This document shows positions 1-12,200 of a DNA stretch of 64,000 nt, piece after piece. The notes beneath the pieces are model-generated. The model did no database searches. It saw only the letters and a program-made list of their open reading frames with translations, and was not told the origin of the DNA. Source of the DNA: Macrostomum hystrix (Eukaryota; Animalia; Platyhelminthes); contig CATNEN010000029.1 in NCBI GenBank assembly GCA_950097015.1, positions 1,178,001 through 1,242,000 of the forward strand. Direction: 5' to 3'. The position numbers were made by a program, and so were the translations under genes. Within the stretch, counting starts at the first letter, position 1. Every line of letters begins with the position of its first letter.

Positions 1-83
1 AACTTACTTAACTTATTCTAACGCAAAATTTGTAGGAGCGAGCGAACAAAGACAATAATTTACTACTAATCACTAAACACTTT

Positions 84-1775
84 ACTGAACTGTCTGAGGG
101 ATGGCAACAGAGACCATCACTGAACTGTCTGAGGGAGGGCAGCAGTGACCCATCACTGAACTGTCTGAGGGATGGCAGCAGTGACCATCACTGAACTGTC
201 TGAGGGATGGCATCAGAGACCAATCACTGAACTGTCTGAGGGAGGGCAGCAGAGACCATCACTGAACTGTCTGAGGGAGGGCAGCAGAGACCATCACTGA
301 ACTGTCTGAGGGAGGGCAGCAGAGACCATCACAGAACTGTCTGAGGGAGGGCAGCAGAGACCATCACTGAACTGTCTGAGGGATGGCAGCAGAGACCATC
401 ACTGAACTGTCTGAGGGAGGGCAGCAGAGACCATCACTGAACTGTCTGAGGGAGGGCAGCAGAGACCATCACTGAACTGTCTGAGGGATGGCAGCAGTGA
501 CCATCACTGAACTGTCTGAGGGATGGCATCAGAGACCAATCACTGAACTGTCTGAGGGAGGGCAGCAGAGACCATCACTGAACTGTCTGAGGGAGGGCAG
601 CAGAGACCATCACTGAACTGTCTGAGGGAGGGCAGCAGAGACCATCACTGAACTGTCTGAGGGAGGGCAGCAGAGACCATCACTGAACTGTCTGAGGGAG
701 GGCAGCAGAGACCATCACTGAACTGTCTGAGGGAGGGCAGCAGAGACCATCACTGAACTGTCTGAGGGAGGGCAGCAGAGACCATCACTGAACTGTCTGA
801 GGGATGGCAGCAGAGACCATCACTGAACTGTCTGAGGGAGGGCAGCAGAGACCATCACTGAACTGTCTGAGGGAGGGCAGCAGTGACCATCACTGAACTG
901 TCTGAGGGATGGCATCAGAGACCATCACTGAACTGTCTGAGGGATGGCATCAGAGACCATCACTGAACTGTCTGAGGGAGGGCAGCAGAGACCATCACTG
1001 AACTGTCTGAGGGAGGGCAGCAGTGACCATCACTGAACTGTCTGAGGGATGGCATCAGAGACCAATCACTGAACTGTCTGAGGGAGGGCAGCAGAGACCA
1101 TCACTGAACTGTCTGAGGGATGGCAGCAGTGACCATCACTGAACTGTCTGAGGGATGGCATCAGAGACCAATCACTGAACTGTCTGAGGGAGGGCAGCAG
1201 AGACCATCACTGAACTGTCTGAGGGAGGGCAGCAGAGACCATCACTGAACTGTCTGAGGGAGGGCAGCAGAGACCATCACTGAACTGTCTGAGGGAGGGC
1301 AGCAGAGACCATCACTGAACTGTCTGAGGGAGGGCAGCAGAGACCATCACTGAACTGTCTGAGGGAGGGCAGCAGAGACCATCACTGAACTGTCTGAGGG
1401 AGGGCAGCAGAGACCATCACTGAACTGTCTGAGGGATGGCAGCAGAGACCATCACTGAACTGTCTGAGGGAGGGCAGCAGAGACCATCACTGAACTGTCT
1501 GAGGGAGGGCAGCAGTGACCATCACTGAACTGTCTGAGGGATGGCATCAGAGACCATCACTGAACTGTCTGAGGGATGGCATCAGAGACCATCACTGAAC
1601 TGTCTGAGGGAGGGCAGCAGAGACCATCACTGAACTGTCTGAGGGAGGGCAGCAGTGACCATCACTGAACTGTCTGAGGGATGGCATCAGAGACCAATCA
1701 CTGAACTGTCTGAGGGAGGGCAGCAGAGACCATCACTGAACTGTCTGAGGGAGGGCAGCAGAGACCATCACTGAA
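84..1775. repeat. 35-bp tandem array (~48 copies) with a 632-bp higher-order duplication
   Basis: Unit actgaactgtctgagggagggcagcagagaccatc; the variant pattern at 481-1080 recurs at +632. Confidence 0.97.
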
Positions 1776-2379
1776 GTACTGTTGAGATATAAACTTATAA
1801 AACGAGAAGCAAACGTTTTCTAGTCATTGTAAAATCTAGTCGCTGATAAAAAAAGCCTTTAGAATAAAAATGAATCGGTTGAATAATTGAAGCGAATTCG
1901 ATAGAAACAAGCAGAACAAGCCACAGCACACCAAACTAATTGCAGGTGACAAAAGCCACACAGACTAGGTTTGTGTGCAGATTCAATTCAATAAAGAGAT
2001 AGTCACATTTTAAACTTCAAAGCAGCAACAGCAGCAACAGCACAACAAAAAGTCTAGAAAAAAACAAAAATAAAAAAGTGCACAAACCGACTAGAGTTAA
2101 AGAAGAAGACTGCGCCTCCTCCACAATGAGACAATAAAAATATATAGTTTAGCCATGAAGACAAGATTTAGTAGATATAGCTGAAAACAGACAAACAAAC
2201 AATACGGAGTAAAAGCTAGTTGACAAAATTTCATTTTAGCAAAGACGAATATAAATAAGCTGAAAAAAGACATGCCGTCATTGCATTACATAATGTATCA
2301 GTTGTGACTCCGTTATTTCAGTGTGCGAATTTAGTCAAGCTAATTCAAGTCTTAACTGGAGTTCTAATTTTAAGACCTA

Positions 2380-2697
2380 AATTTAGGTCCACTTCTAATT
2401 TAGGTCCAGTTCTAATTTAGGTCTACTTCTAATTTAGGTCCACTTCTAATTTAGGCCCAGTTCTAATTTAGTTTCAGTTCAAATTTAGTTTCAGTTCAAA
2501 TTTAGTTTCAGTTCAAATTTATTTTCAGTTCTAATTTAGTTTCAGTTCAAATTTAGTTTCAGTTCAAATTTAGTTTCAGTTCTAATTTAGTTTCAGTTCT
2601 AATTTAGTTTCAGTTCAAATTTAGTTTCAGTTCTAATTTAGTTTCAGTTCTAATTTAGTTTCAGTTCAAATTTAGGTCCAGTTCTAATTTAGGTCCG
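2380..2697. repeat. 17-bp tandem array
   Basis: Unit ttctaatttagtttcag and variants. Confidence 0.93.
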
Positions 2698-3240
2698 ATT
2701 CTGTTTCATTAAACACCAGCCTATAGCAGGCTCTGATTTAACATTCACTATAGACTAAATCAGTTAAAAAACATCTAGAATGAATTGTTGAATAGAACAA
2801 ATAGCATTATTAAGAACTATTACTCGATATAACATGGACACAATAAATACATATATATATATAATATAGAGTGCGAAAATATAGCTGAAGGGCACACAGA
2901 ATTTGGAACACAGAGTTAATTGCAGCAGACACACTCTAGCAAACACAACAGCTCACTAATACATAATAAAATCTATGTACTAACTAGGCAGACGTACAGT
3001 CGCGTTTATCAACCTCGTCAATTCCTCTAACTTTAGAAACAGCAGCAGGGTGCGCTTGAAAAACCTATTATTTATAACAAATTGCGACATTTTTCATTGT
3101 GCAATACTTTCAGCGCTGAGTGCTTCAATATTCAACAAAAAACTATGAAACAATATTAATAGTCATTATTATACGCGACAAGTGCCATGCGGTTGCTATG
3201 CGGTTGCCATGCGGTTGCCGTGCGTGTCGACAAAGTAAAA

Positions 3241-6200
3241 TTAATCGACCACGGCCTGATCCGAGCCGCCAGTGGCGCCTTCGTCAGTCTCCGGACTGTA
3301 GAATGACGGTTCGGCGTTGCGCCCGGACTTCAGCTTGGCTTTGCACTTCTTCAGCATGGAGGCGCGTAGGGCGCTGCGCAGGATCACCACCTGGCCGCTG
3401 GACTGCACCCACGGCTCGCCGTCGATCTGGCCGAGGAGCGGAAGCAAGAGGGAGATACGCACTGGGATTCGAACTCTCGACCTCTCGCTCTTGGTCAGAA
3501 GTGAAAAGCTCTAATCGTCGGGTGAAAAGCTCCCCATTGTAGCTGTGAAGTGTGAAGCTGAGAATTAGACTGCTCAATCTGAGAAGTAGACTGCTCAATC
3601 TGAGAAGTAGACTGCTCAATCTGAGAAGTAGACTGCTCAATCTGAGAAGTAGACTGCTCAATCTGAGAAGTAGACTGCTCAATCTGAGAAGTAGAAAGCC
3701 CAATCTGAGAAGCAGACTGCTCAATATGAGAAGTAGACTGCTCAATCTGAGAAGTAGACTGCTCAATCTGAGAAGTAGACTGCTCAATCTGAGAAGTAGA
3801 CTGCTCAATCTGAGAAGTAGACTGCTCAATCTGAGAAGCAGACTGCTCAATCTGAGAAGTAGACTGCTCAATCTGAGAAGCAGACTGCTCAATCTGAGAA
3901 GTAGACTGCTCAAAATGAAAAGACTGAGAAGACAGCTCAATCTGAGAAGTAAACTGTCCAATCTGATTGAGAAGCAGACTGCTCAAATTGAGAAGTAGAC
4001 AGCCCAATCTGAGAAGTAGGCTGCTCAATCTGAGAAGTAAACTGTCCAATCTGATTGAGAAGCAGACTGCTCAAATTGAGAAGTAGACAGCCCAATCTGA
4101 GAAGTAGACTGCTCAATCTGAGAAGCAGACTGCTAAAAACTCAGGATTATTGTATGAGTACAGGATAACTTGTAGAGTTGTCTGAGTACACTGGCGAGTT
4201 GGGCATGCATAAGCAGAACAAAACGGAAGCCGAATAAATAACTCGAATGCCTCCTCCTGTGTGCTCAAAGTCCGATTAAAAAAGGAAAAAATTATTTGTT
4301 ACAAAGGCTGCCCTAAAAGAGGCAGTGGAGAATCGAAAAATCCCCACCCAGTTCCTAAAAGCAGACTTTTAGGAAGGGTGTGGCCTTGCATGAGAAATAT
4401 ATGGGAGAAAGAAAGACATTGTCGTTTCTTTTCTTTGCTTCTTCTAGGGGTAGTCTACAGACTGTTTTACAGGCCAGAAGATGTTTTGAAAATAGACAGC
4501 AAAATCTGGCCAAAGAAGATAGAAGCAAAGACGGTAGAAAAACTGAATAGATTTGGGTAGATTCAAGCTCACACAACTGAGGCAGCCCCCCCCGTATGTC
4601 TGACTGCCAGGCTAAAAATAGCCTCTTGAAGCTGAGCTGAGCCGGATAGCAGAGCTTTGCCCAGAGTGACACAAAAGTACATTTGGCATTCGAATATTCA
4701 GTAATTAGATAGACCGGGAAAGGGGAAAACTGCCTCCACTGCGCCAGTGTTTTTAGTTGACACCAAAGCGGAAAATTTAATTATGAACAGGGCAAGACTT
4801 CACTTAAGAAGTGCTCAAATCTAATGCGCAATCGTACCCAGACTACAGCTAAACTGAGGGTGGAATAAGAGGATATGAGGATGGAATAACATGATCCGAG
4901 GGTTGGATAACATGATCCGAGGGTTGGATAACATGATCCGAGGGTTGGATAACATGATCCGAGGGTTGGATAACATGATCTGAAGGTGGGATAACATGAC
5001 CTCAGGGTGGGATAAGAGGATATGAGGATGGAATAACATGATCCGAGGGTTGGATAACATGATCCGAGGGTTGGATAACATGACCTGAGGGTGGGATAAC
5101 ATGATCTGAGGGTTGGATAACATGACCTGAGGGTGGGATAACATGATCTGAGGGTGGGATAACATGATCTGAGGGTTGGATAACATGACCTGAGGGTGGG
5201 ATAACATGATCTGAGGGTGGGATAACATGATACGAGGATGAGATAACAGGATCTGAGGGTGGGATAACATGATCTGAGGGTGGGATAACATGATCTGAGG
5301 GTGGGATAACATGATACGAGGATGAGATAACAGGATCTGAGGATGGGATAACATTATCTGGGAGTGGGATAACATTATCTGAGGATAAGATAACACGATC
5401 TGAGGATGGGATAACATTATCTGGGAGTGGGATAACAGGACAAAATACAGACTCAACGCACAAGGAACTGTAAGATTTTTACAGTTCAGTTGAGGACAGT
5501 TCAAGGAACAGCCTTTTACAGAGACTGTAAAAGGGGTGGAAAATGAAAGTAAATCATATATACTCATATGAAAAACACAAAAATAAATGTAATACTCGAA
5601 AAAAACTACGAAACAGAATTTTCTTGAATAATTTCGTCCCTTCCAGCTAGAGCTAACACATCCAAGTATAATAAATGCTTAGCGAAAGAGACAGTCTGAA
5701 TTGGGGATCAGGGAATAAATTAATTTTCTCTTTCCTTCACCATTGGGGAAATCTTTCGAAACGAGAAGAGCCTCGAGCATGAATAAATGATCGAAATTCC
5801 CGTATGCCAGCAGTTGTGGAACTCAGTTTTTATAATCACCTGCACAGGAATATCGGCCTTTAGAGTGATCTTGATGTGGCCTCCCTGGGCCAGCCGGCTG
5901 CCCGAGCGTAGGCCGCTGAAAATCTGCGGATTTGGGATGAGACAGGCTGGTGGCGTGCGAAACTTGCTAGATTTTTATTAACCGGATTTAACAACTTTTA
6001 CACTAGCAAATTGCTAAACTATTTTTTAACAAAACTTAGGCTTGAAAATAAAAAGCAACGATTTTTATCGTTCTTGTCCCTTTAACGCACAAGTGTTAAA
6101 GGGACAAGACAGCCACCTCACTCTCCTCACTCGAACAAGCTTAAGGGATAGAGAGACAAGACAACAACCTCACTCCCGTCACTCAAACACGCTTAAGGGA

Positions 6201-9200
6201 CAGAGATACAAGACAGCCACCTCACTCCCTTCACTCGAACATGCACAAGGGATAGAGATACAAGACAGCCACCTCACCCCCTTCACTCGAACACGCACAA
6301 GGGACAGAGACAAGACAACCACCTCACTCCCCTCACTTCAACACACTCACACACACACGGGACAGCCATCCCACTTATTTAACGTCTTAAGCCACAAAAT
6401 TTGCAGCTTAAACAAACCCCACGCAACAAATTGGGTAAAGGATACTGATGACCGAGTCACAAACCTGTCCCATGTGCACCATGCCGGTGACGCCAACCAC
6501 CTCCAGCTGGCCGTCCCAATGGTTCGGCCGGTTGAAATTGTCGTCCTTCTCTGTGCCCCACGGGTTGGCCCCGCTGGCCCAGGACAGAATGTTGAGGATA
6601 ATTATCCCTTCTAGCGGCGGCAGGTCGATGACTTTGCCGTCGACTTCCACAATGATCTGCCGGTGCAGATCCTTGCAGCTGCCCTTATTGATCATCTTTC
6701 GTACGCTCATCTTGAAGTACACGCCTTTGTTGTGAAAACGCGAGTTGAACTTGGACGGATTCTCGTTGCGGGCCAGGTGAAAGTCCAGGGACACGTCGGC
6801 GTCCAGGCCTGCAGTTTAGTTTGAGCGTCATGAGAAGCCGGTTTTTGTTTAATTGATAATAATAATTAACTGATTACACCTGCCCAGAATGGGTCAGATG
6901 TGCAGCCGACAGCACAGCCGCAGCTATTGCGCGGCGCATCTGAAGTCTGCGTACGGCTGTTCAGTCCATGGACTAAGGACTACCCACCCTCAATTACCCC
7001 CAGCTGATGCTGGTACCCATTTAACAGCTGGGTGAACTGAAGCTATACAGAGTTAAGTGTCTTGCCAAAGGACACAATTTTTTCTTGTGGAGTCGGGAAT
7101 CAAACCCCCGACCTTTAACTCGTGAGTCCGACGCTCTAACCAGTAAGCTACAACCTCTTCTAATAGGCCACAACCCCTCCTACTAGGCTACAACGCCTCC
7201 TACTAGGCTACAACCCCTCCTACTAGGCTACAACCCCTCCTACTAGGCTACAACGCCTCCTACTAGGCTACAACCCCTCCTACTAGACTACAACCCCTCC
7301 TACTAGGCTACAACCCCTCCTACTAGGCTACAACCTCTCCTACAATGCTACAACCCCTCCTACTAGGCTACAACCCCTCCTACTAGGCTACAACCTCTCC
7401 TACAATGCTACAACCCCTCCTACTAGGCTACAACCCCTCCTACTAGGCTACAATCCCTCCTACTAGGCTACAACCTCTCCTACAATGCTACAACCCCTCC
7501 TACTAGGCTACAACCCCTCCTACTAGGCTACAACCTCTCCTACAATGCTACAACCCCTCCTACTAGGCTACAACCCCTCCTACTAGGCTACAACCTCTCC
7601 TACAATGCTACAACCCCTCCTACTAGGCTACAACCCCTCCTACTATGCTACAACCCCTCCTACTAGGCTACAATCCCTCCTACTAGGCTACAACCTCTCC
7701 TACAATGCTACAACCCCTCCTACTAGGCTACAACCCTTCCTACTAGGCTACAACCCCTCCTACTAGGCTAAAACCCCTCCTACTAGGCTACAACCTCTCC
7801 TACAATGCTACAATCCCTCCTACTAGGCTACAACCTCTCCTACTAGGCTACAATCCCTCCTACAAGGCTACAACCCCTCCTACTAGGCTACAACCCCTCC
7901 TACTAGGCTACAACGCCTCCTACTAGGCTACAATCCCTCCTACAATGCTACAACCCCTCCTACTAGGCTACAATCCCTCCTACTAGGCTACAACCTCTCC
8001 TACAATGCTACAATCCCTCCTACTAGGCTACAACCTCTCCTACTATGCTACAACCCCTCCTACTAGGCTACAACCTCTCCTACTAGGCTACAACCCCTCC
8101 TACTAGGCTACAACCCCTCCTACTAGGCTACAACCTCTCCTACAATGCTACAACCCCTCCTACTAGGCTACAACCCCTCCTACTAGGTTACAACCCCTCC
8201 TACTAGGCTACAACCTCTCCTACAATGCTACAACCCCTCCTACTAGGCTACAACCCCTCCTACTAGGCTACAACCCCTCCTACTAGGCTACAACCCCTCC
8301 TTTTGTTCAATTGAACTGCACGATAAAATCTTGAGTTAGTGGGTGTAATCTCTGTACAATAGTTACCAGATATTTTACAATCTAAACATTCATCCAGCAG
8401 TTAGTAAGCACTTTAAGTAAACACAAAAGTTACGACACTCGCCTGTAGACAGGCGAAAAAGTCCTTACAAAATAATTATTTGAGTTTCAGCAAAACAAAA
8501 TTGGAGCACAAACCCAAACCTGCTTGCCTACTTGTTAAAGAAAATGAAGATGGCTATCGAACCAAAAGTTCTCTCCCTCTCCATTGCCTAGTCTGTGGCT
8601 CAGTTACCGATCGATCAATCAATTAATCAATCAATAAGCTATACAATACGAGGGTTGAATCGAAAGTTATAAGATAGGACTAGCTAGCAAGCCATGCTTA
8701 AGAGTTTATTTCGCTCGAAAATTTAAAAAAGGAAGTCACACCGACAATGCACAATCATCTAGCTGCCTGAGGTCGGCTAATAAAAAGTCTGGCGCCTATA
8801 AATTGCATACATAGCCTAAGGCCTGAGCATACCTAATGAGGCTAATCAGGATAGGTTTCTGACAGACCTGACTAAATTGGAACAAAAAAGTGCCACCTCA
8901 ACTCTTAACTCGCATCCGCATTCAGACAGCCTTCCACTCTCACCAATGCCAAAGTAGTTATTCATGACAAAGATGCTGGCATTGTCCTCGTTAGTGTTGG
9001 CCGCGTTACTCTCGTACTGCAGCTGCACTTTTGTCTCGTCCTTCTCCTTCTCCTCCGGGTGAAAGATCACCGTCCACCTGTCGGACGGCGGGGCAAATTG
9101 GTTGGCTTGTACTACTAGATTTAGATTGAGCTAGGTTGAGTAAATATTATATATAAATGATTTGTTTGATCGGTAACTGTACTAGATATGGATTTCAAAC

Positions 9201-12200
9201 TTATCCCCCATTAAACCCTAGATTGTAAATAATTCATTTAAAAACGCAAATTCACAATTATCTTATCTGAAATACAAATAATAGAGCGTCATGGGATAAA
9301 TTTATCCCATTTAAAATAATAATCCCAAATCATCCCATCTGAAGTTTAAATCCCAAATCATCCCGTCTGAAGTCTAAATCCCAAATCATCCCATCTGAAG
9401 TGAAAATCCCAAATCATCCCATCTGAAGTGAAAATCCCAAATCATCCCATCTGAAGTCTAAATCCCAAATCATCCCATCTGAAGTCTAAATCCCAAATAA
9501 TCCCATCTGAAGTCTAAATCCCAAATAATCCCATCTGAAGTCTAAATCCCAAATCATCCCATCTGAAGTCTAAATCCCAAATCATCCCGTCTGAAGTCTA
9601 AATCCCAAATCATCCCATCTGAAGTGAAAATCCCAAATCATCCCATCTGAAGTTTAAATCCCAAATCATCCCATCTGAAGTGAAAATCCCAAATCATCCC
9701 ATCTGAAGTGAAAATCCCAAATCATCCCATCTGAAGTGAAAATCCCAAATCATCCCATCTGAAGTCTAAATCCCAAATCATCCCATCTGAAGTCTAAATC
9801 CCAAATAATCCCATCTGAAGTCTAAATCCCAAATCATCCCATCTGAAGTCTAAATCCCAAATCATCCCATCTGAAGTCTAAATCCCAAATAATCCCATCT
9901 GAAGTCCAAATCCCAAATCATCCCGTCTGAAGTCTAAATCCCAAATCATCCCATCTGAAGTGAAAATCCCAAATCATCCCATCTGAAGTCTAAATCCCAA
10001 ATCATCCCATCTGAAGTAAAAATCACAAATTTTCCATTCTAAAGTCACGATTCCGCTTCTTTGAAACTTTAACCTGTCTCAGACCGAAACGGCAAGTCCC
10101 AAAAATAAGCGGCATGGTGTCAAATGCGAACTCACCTGTCAAGCGTGACCACCTCAGCCTCGGCCACATCCCTGAGTATGTTCAGGGGCAGCTCCTGGCC
10201 GGAGTAGCCGGAGCCCCAGCGCAGCACCCGGGACAGGTCGTTGCCGGTTCCCAGCGGCACAATGGCCATTGGAGGATAATTGCACTTGGCGTCCGGGCCC
10301 ACATTGTCCAGGCAGCTCAGGGCCCAGCCCACTGTGCCGTCACCGCCGCAGACCAGGATCTTGTAGTAGGGCACTTGCCTTTAAAATGGGATATTTTGGA
10401 TATTTTAAAGAAAATAATAGCCCAACCTTGTAAATAAAAGTGTTTGTTATCAGAAGGGAGGTGAAATCACCTGAGAGAGGAGATCAGAATGGAGGGGATC
10501 TCACCTGAGAGAGGAGATCAGAATGGAGGGGATCTCACCTGAGAGAGGAGATCAGAATGGAGGGGATCTCACCTGAGAGAGGAGATTAGAATGGAGGGGA
10601 TCTCACCTGAGAGAGGAAATTAGAATGGAGGGGATCTCACCTGAGAGAGGAGATCAGAATGGAGGGGATCTCACCTGAGAGAGGAGATTAGAATGGAGGG
10701 GATCTCACCTGAGAGAGGAGGTCAGAATGGACGGGATCTCACCTGAGAGAGGAGGTCAGAATGGAGGGAATCTTAACTGGAAGAGTTGATCAGGATGGAG
10801 GGGTTCAGAGGATTTTAATTAGCGAATGTGTTTTGTCAGGTTGTCTAATTGACCTACAAAAGATGAATGAACTATTTCACAGCCTAAGGTGTTTCCTAGA
10901 TAAATTTCAGTTTAGCAAGGGAAAGGAACATTGCTTAGAAATAAGCGCATGTCGACCGGTAATTTGACTTGAAGCCAAGGCAAGGGGTAAGCCAAGACCA
11001 AAGTTTAAAGAGCGCAACGGGTAGCGCTTGGGAAGGGCCACATTGCGGACCAGCAACTAGCGGAGGGGGGTGGGTTGGGGTCATGGAGGCGTAGAGCGAA
11101 GCGGAGCAGAGAAGAGGATAAGAATCCCCTCTGGGGAAAAAGCAGGGGAAATTGAGAGTGGAAAGAGAGAGAGAGCGCCGCGTTCTTAATACGACTCAGC
11201 AGCGAGGGGAAGCGGAGGCGAAATGCGCACTGGGGGATAACGGTGTGAGGATGTGCTTCTGTTCTTTCTAGGCGTCTCCTATGTGTGTGTGTTTTCGGCC
11301 TCTCTACTTCCCCAATAGGCTATCCCTGCTTCAGTAGCTTCAGTCAGCAGGTATTAGTACTGGCCGCCTACTCAAGCTCACTCTGAGACTCGTGCGCAGT
11401 AATTAAGTGTTAATTCACAGCAGCAGCAGCAGCAGCAGCAGCAGCAAGAGCAGCGTCAAGTAGCATAAGGCTAGGCTGCGGGAGCAGATTAACTGCGCGC
11501 ACTCACACACTTGCTAGAACTTGCTCAAACTATTGCTCCGGGGAATACGACGAACCGCTTTAAAAAATCTCACCGGAGCTCAAGAAAGCTCAATAAGGGA
11601 GAAATCGAGAGAGAGAGAGAGAGAGAGGGGGGATTGAGTAGGCCAAGATGATGAAGCGAATCACGCTTGTGTTTGAGCGTGCAAGCGCGGATTCAACTGG
11701 TGAATTTAACCAGATTAGTCGGCACGAGGGCTGTGTCTGGCGTGAGAGAGAAAGAGTCGGTTTGCCTCTAGGGAATCGGACAAGAAATTTCTACTCTGTG
11801 AAAGTTTTTTAGGACACTATTCGAATCTAGAAAATTATTTTAATGAAATTCAGCTTTACAGTTAATCATATAAATTGGCCTAGAATTTAAATTCTATATT
11901 TTAAGGTCAGATAAAAAGCCTACACGATTCATAATCGTGCCTTTAATATGTTCATACTCCTCACTGTCATTTTAGCTTTAATAGGGCACTAAAGGTGTTG
12001 TAGCCTAGTGGCCTAGAGTGCCAGACAAAACGACTTGAAGGTTGTGGGCTCGAATCCTCACTTCACTGTATCAATCTGTGTACTTTACCAACTCTCTGCG
12101 TTGCTTCAGTTCACCCAGCTGTTAAATGGGTACCAGCATCAGCTGCGGTAATTGAGGATGGGTGTGGGGTCCCCCCAGTCCATGGACTGGACAGCCGTAC

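Noticed and set aside
3284-4049. 148-225 aa Leu/Ser- or Gln-rich ORFs on both strands
   Set aside because: They are translations of a 21-bp intronic minisatellite; a unit length divisible by 3 keeps frames open.
4821-5567. 248-aa (MLSHPQI)n ORF
   Set aside because: 21-bp tandem array inside DGK intron 9.
6436-6446. GTATCCTTT U12-like donor 19 nt into DGK intron 8
   Set aside because: Its use would shift the frame, no U12 branch site lies near the acceptor, and the CAG|GTTTGT donor gives the conserved protein.
11993-12065. tRNA gene
   Set aside because: A and B boxes are present but continue into a repeated SINE body; no complete cloverleaf is supportable.
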